This document shows, piece after piece, positions 62,070 through 64,000 of a stretch of DNA of 64,000 nt. Positions within the stretch are counted from its first letter, which is position 1; every line of letters starts with the position of its first letter. Source of the stretch: Lytechinus pictus (Eukaryota); assembly GCF_037042905.1 (NCBI RefSeq), contig NC_087251.1, positions 33,730,001-33,794,000 on the forward strand, given 5' to 3'. The position numbers and the translations under genes are program-made. The notes below the pieces were generated by a model that made no database searches, had not been told where the DNA came from, and saw only the letters and a program-made list of their open reading frames with translations.

Positions 62070-64000
62070 ATTTATTTATTTATTAACAATATTTCAACAG
62101 GATACCCAATCAACATAAAAGTTGCTCTCCCTTGGGGTCCTGCATATTAAAAAACAATCACAATATATCTTATTATACACAGTAAAATTAACATACATAC
62201 ATTATGATAGAACATAAAAGTTGAAGATATAAACTAAACTATAAATAACTATTAACTACACACATCATCAGAAAGAAGGGAATATACATATTTGTACATA
62301 GAACATAATAATCGAAATTGACATCGGAGATATTTACTATTGGGAAAAAAAAAGCTGCAACTGGATTTAAAGGTTATCGTTTAATATTTCTTAAAAATTG
62401 AGAGGGAATTTATGTTTTGAGGTTCAGGTTGACTATTCCATGAGACGGCTTGATAATGAAATGAGTGTTTGAATGATTCAATATGAAATTTTGGGAAGTG
62501 TAACTTATTTTGTGAGGAACTTCTTGTACAGTTCTTTCCTAAAAGTAAATAGTTTGGATAGACAAGTGGGAGCAATAGATTTCATACATTTGAACATTAA
62601 AATAAATCTAAAAATGCGAACTCTATCTTCAAATCTTTCATACATTTTGGTTTTTTCATAATTCATCATCAAACGGTTTTCTTCTAACCAGCAGGCTATA
62701 TTTTCTAAATCCAATTGTAATTTATTTTGTATTTCAGCTAAACTATCACCTTCAGCATAAATAGATGTATCGTCTGCGTACATAACTATTTTAGAGTGTT
62801 TCAATACATTAGGCATATCATTTATAAATATGGAAAATAATTTTGGGCCCAATATGGATCCCTGCGGTACTCCTTTCCGCATCTCTTTAGTTTCAGAAAG
62901 TACCCCATTTATATGAACACGTTGTGATCTATTATAGATAAGAATTAAACCATTTGATTGAGTCTGATGAGAAACCATATTTTTTCAATTTTAATAACAG
63001 CAAATTCAAATCTACCAAATCGAAGGTCTTTTTCAAATCAATGAAAATTACACCGACCATTTTCCCATTATTAATACTTGTATACCAATCATTAACCATA
63101 TATATACTAATGCAGTTTCAGTTGAATGGTTTTTTCTAAACCCGAATTGGCTTTCACATAATAATCCAGAAACATTCAGAAACGAATCTAGTTCTGTATT
63201 AACAATCTTTTCTACAATCTTGGAAACAATACTTAACACTGAAATCGGCCTATAATTACTAATTTCTTCAGTACTACCCTTTTTATGAAGGGGAACATTT
63301 TTAGCTTCCTTCCATTCCTTTGGAAAAGAGCAGGATGAAAAAGAATTGTTTATCAAAGATACTAAAGAAGGAATCAAAACGTGACCACGTAATTTAATTA
63401 TTTTACAACTTATTCCATCAAGGCCACAAGACGAATTTGTATTTAAAGTTTTAATAGCCTTTGTGACTTGATCGGAATTTACTATCGGTAAGTTAAAAAG
63501 AAAATTTTCTTGGGATGAGTTTGGACTATCAGTTTGATGTGGTGAAGAATTAATATCAGTGACATCACTAAAATCTTCAATCAAGTCTTTGGTAACTGAC
63601 ACAAAATAATCATTAAAATGGTTGGCAATATTCAGTGGATCATCATATTCATTTCCATCAAAAACAATCTTATTCAAGGAAGATTTATGTTTTGAAGGTA
63701 ATATTCGCTGCTGTTATTTTTACAATAAAAAATTTTCTTATGAAAAAAATTTCTTTTTATTAGATTTGACCATTATATTAACTGTATTTCTACTTTGTTT
63801 ATACATGACCCAGTGTTCTTCTGATTTTGATTTCATAAATTTCTTTAATTTTTTATCTCGTATCATAACATCTCGTATATCACTTGTTATCCATGGTGTA
63901 TGATTTTCTTTAACTCTCCGTGACTTAATAGGCAAATGAGCATTTACGACATTCAATAAAGATTGCTTCCATTTTTGCCATAAAAAGTCAATACCTTCGT
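62070..64000 (-). mobile_element. Decayed CR1/L2-group LINE (ORF2 reverse transcriptase, frameshifted; continues past the window end)
   Basis: ORF fragments 63738-63956, 63048-63677 (NYRPISVLSIVSKIVEK, QFGFRKNHSTETAL) and 62505-62978 (GVPQGSILGP, MYADDT); 3' UTR ending in (AATA)n near 62070. Confidence 0.95.

Noticed and set aside
62505..63956. Active reverse transcriptase gene or retron-like system
   Set aside because: Frameshifted, internally deleted LINE ORF2; an ordinary fossil

Overview
AT-rich, intron-rich animal genomic DNA. The repeat landscape resembles that of echinoderms such as sea urchins, but that is inference only. Two convergent genes were reconstructed from GT-AG splice sites with consistent phases. 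On +, the last five coding exons of ARV1 (1222-3713); its first exon lies upstream of the window. On -, a PLEKHD1-like PH-domain plus coiled-coil gene with eight internal exons (60651 down to 18798) and two apparent alternative terminal exons (17332-17019, ending -GTSV; 11390-11005, ending -EQKI); its 5' exons lie beyond the window end. The introns are packed with mobile DNA: tRNA-derived SINEs, a decayed CR1/L2-group LINE, Kolobok-like TTAA elements (one with a dead THAP domain), Harbinger-like palindromic MITEs, hAT-like elements (two with 6-bp target-site duplications, TSDs), two Helentron/HINE-like elements with ~163-bp internal arrays, and a four-level nested transposon stack at 52652-59684. 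Other notable features are a pure (CAG)109 tract and a 1.2-kb transposon carrying a promoter-like motif cluster, a GC-rich double hairpin and an exon that could splice in frame onto the host gene. No CRISPR array, rRNA or true tRNA gene was seen. Superfamily calls rest on terminus and TSD patterns, and protein homologies on recalled sequences; no database searches were run.
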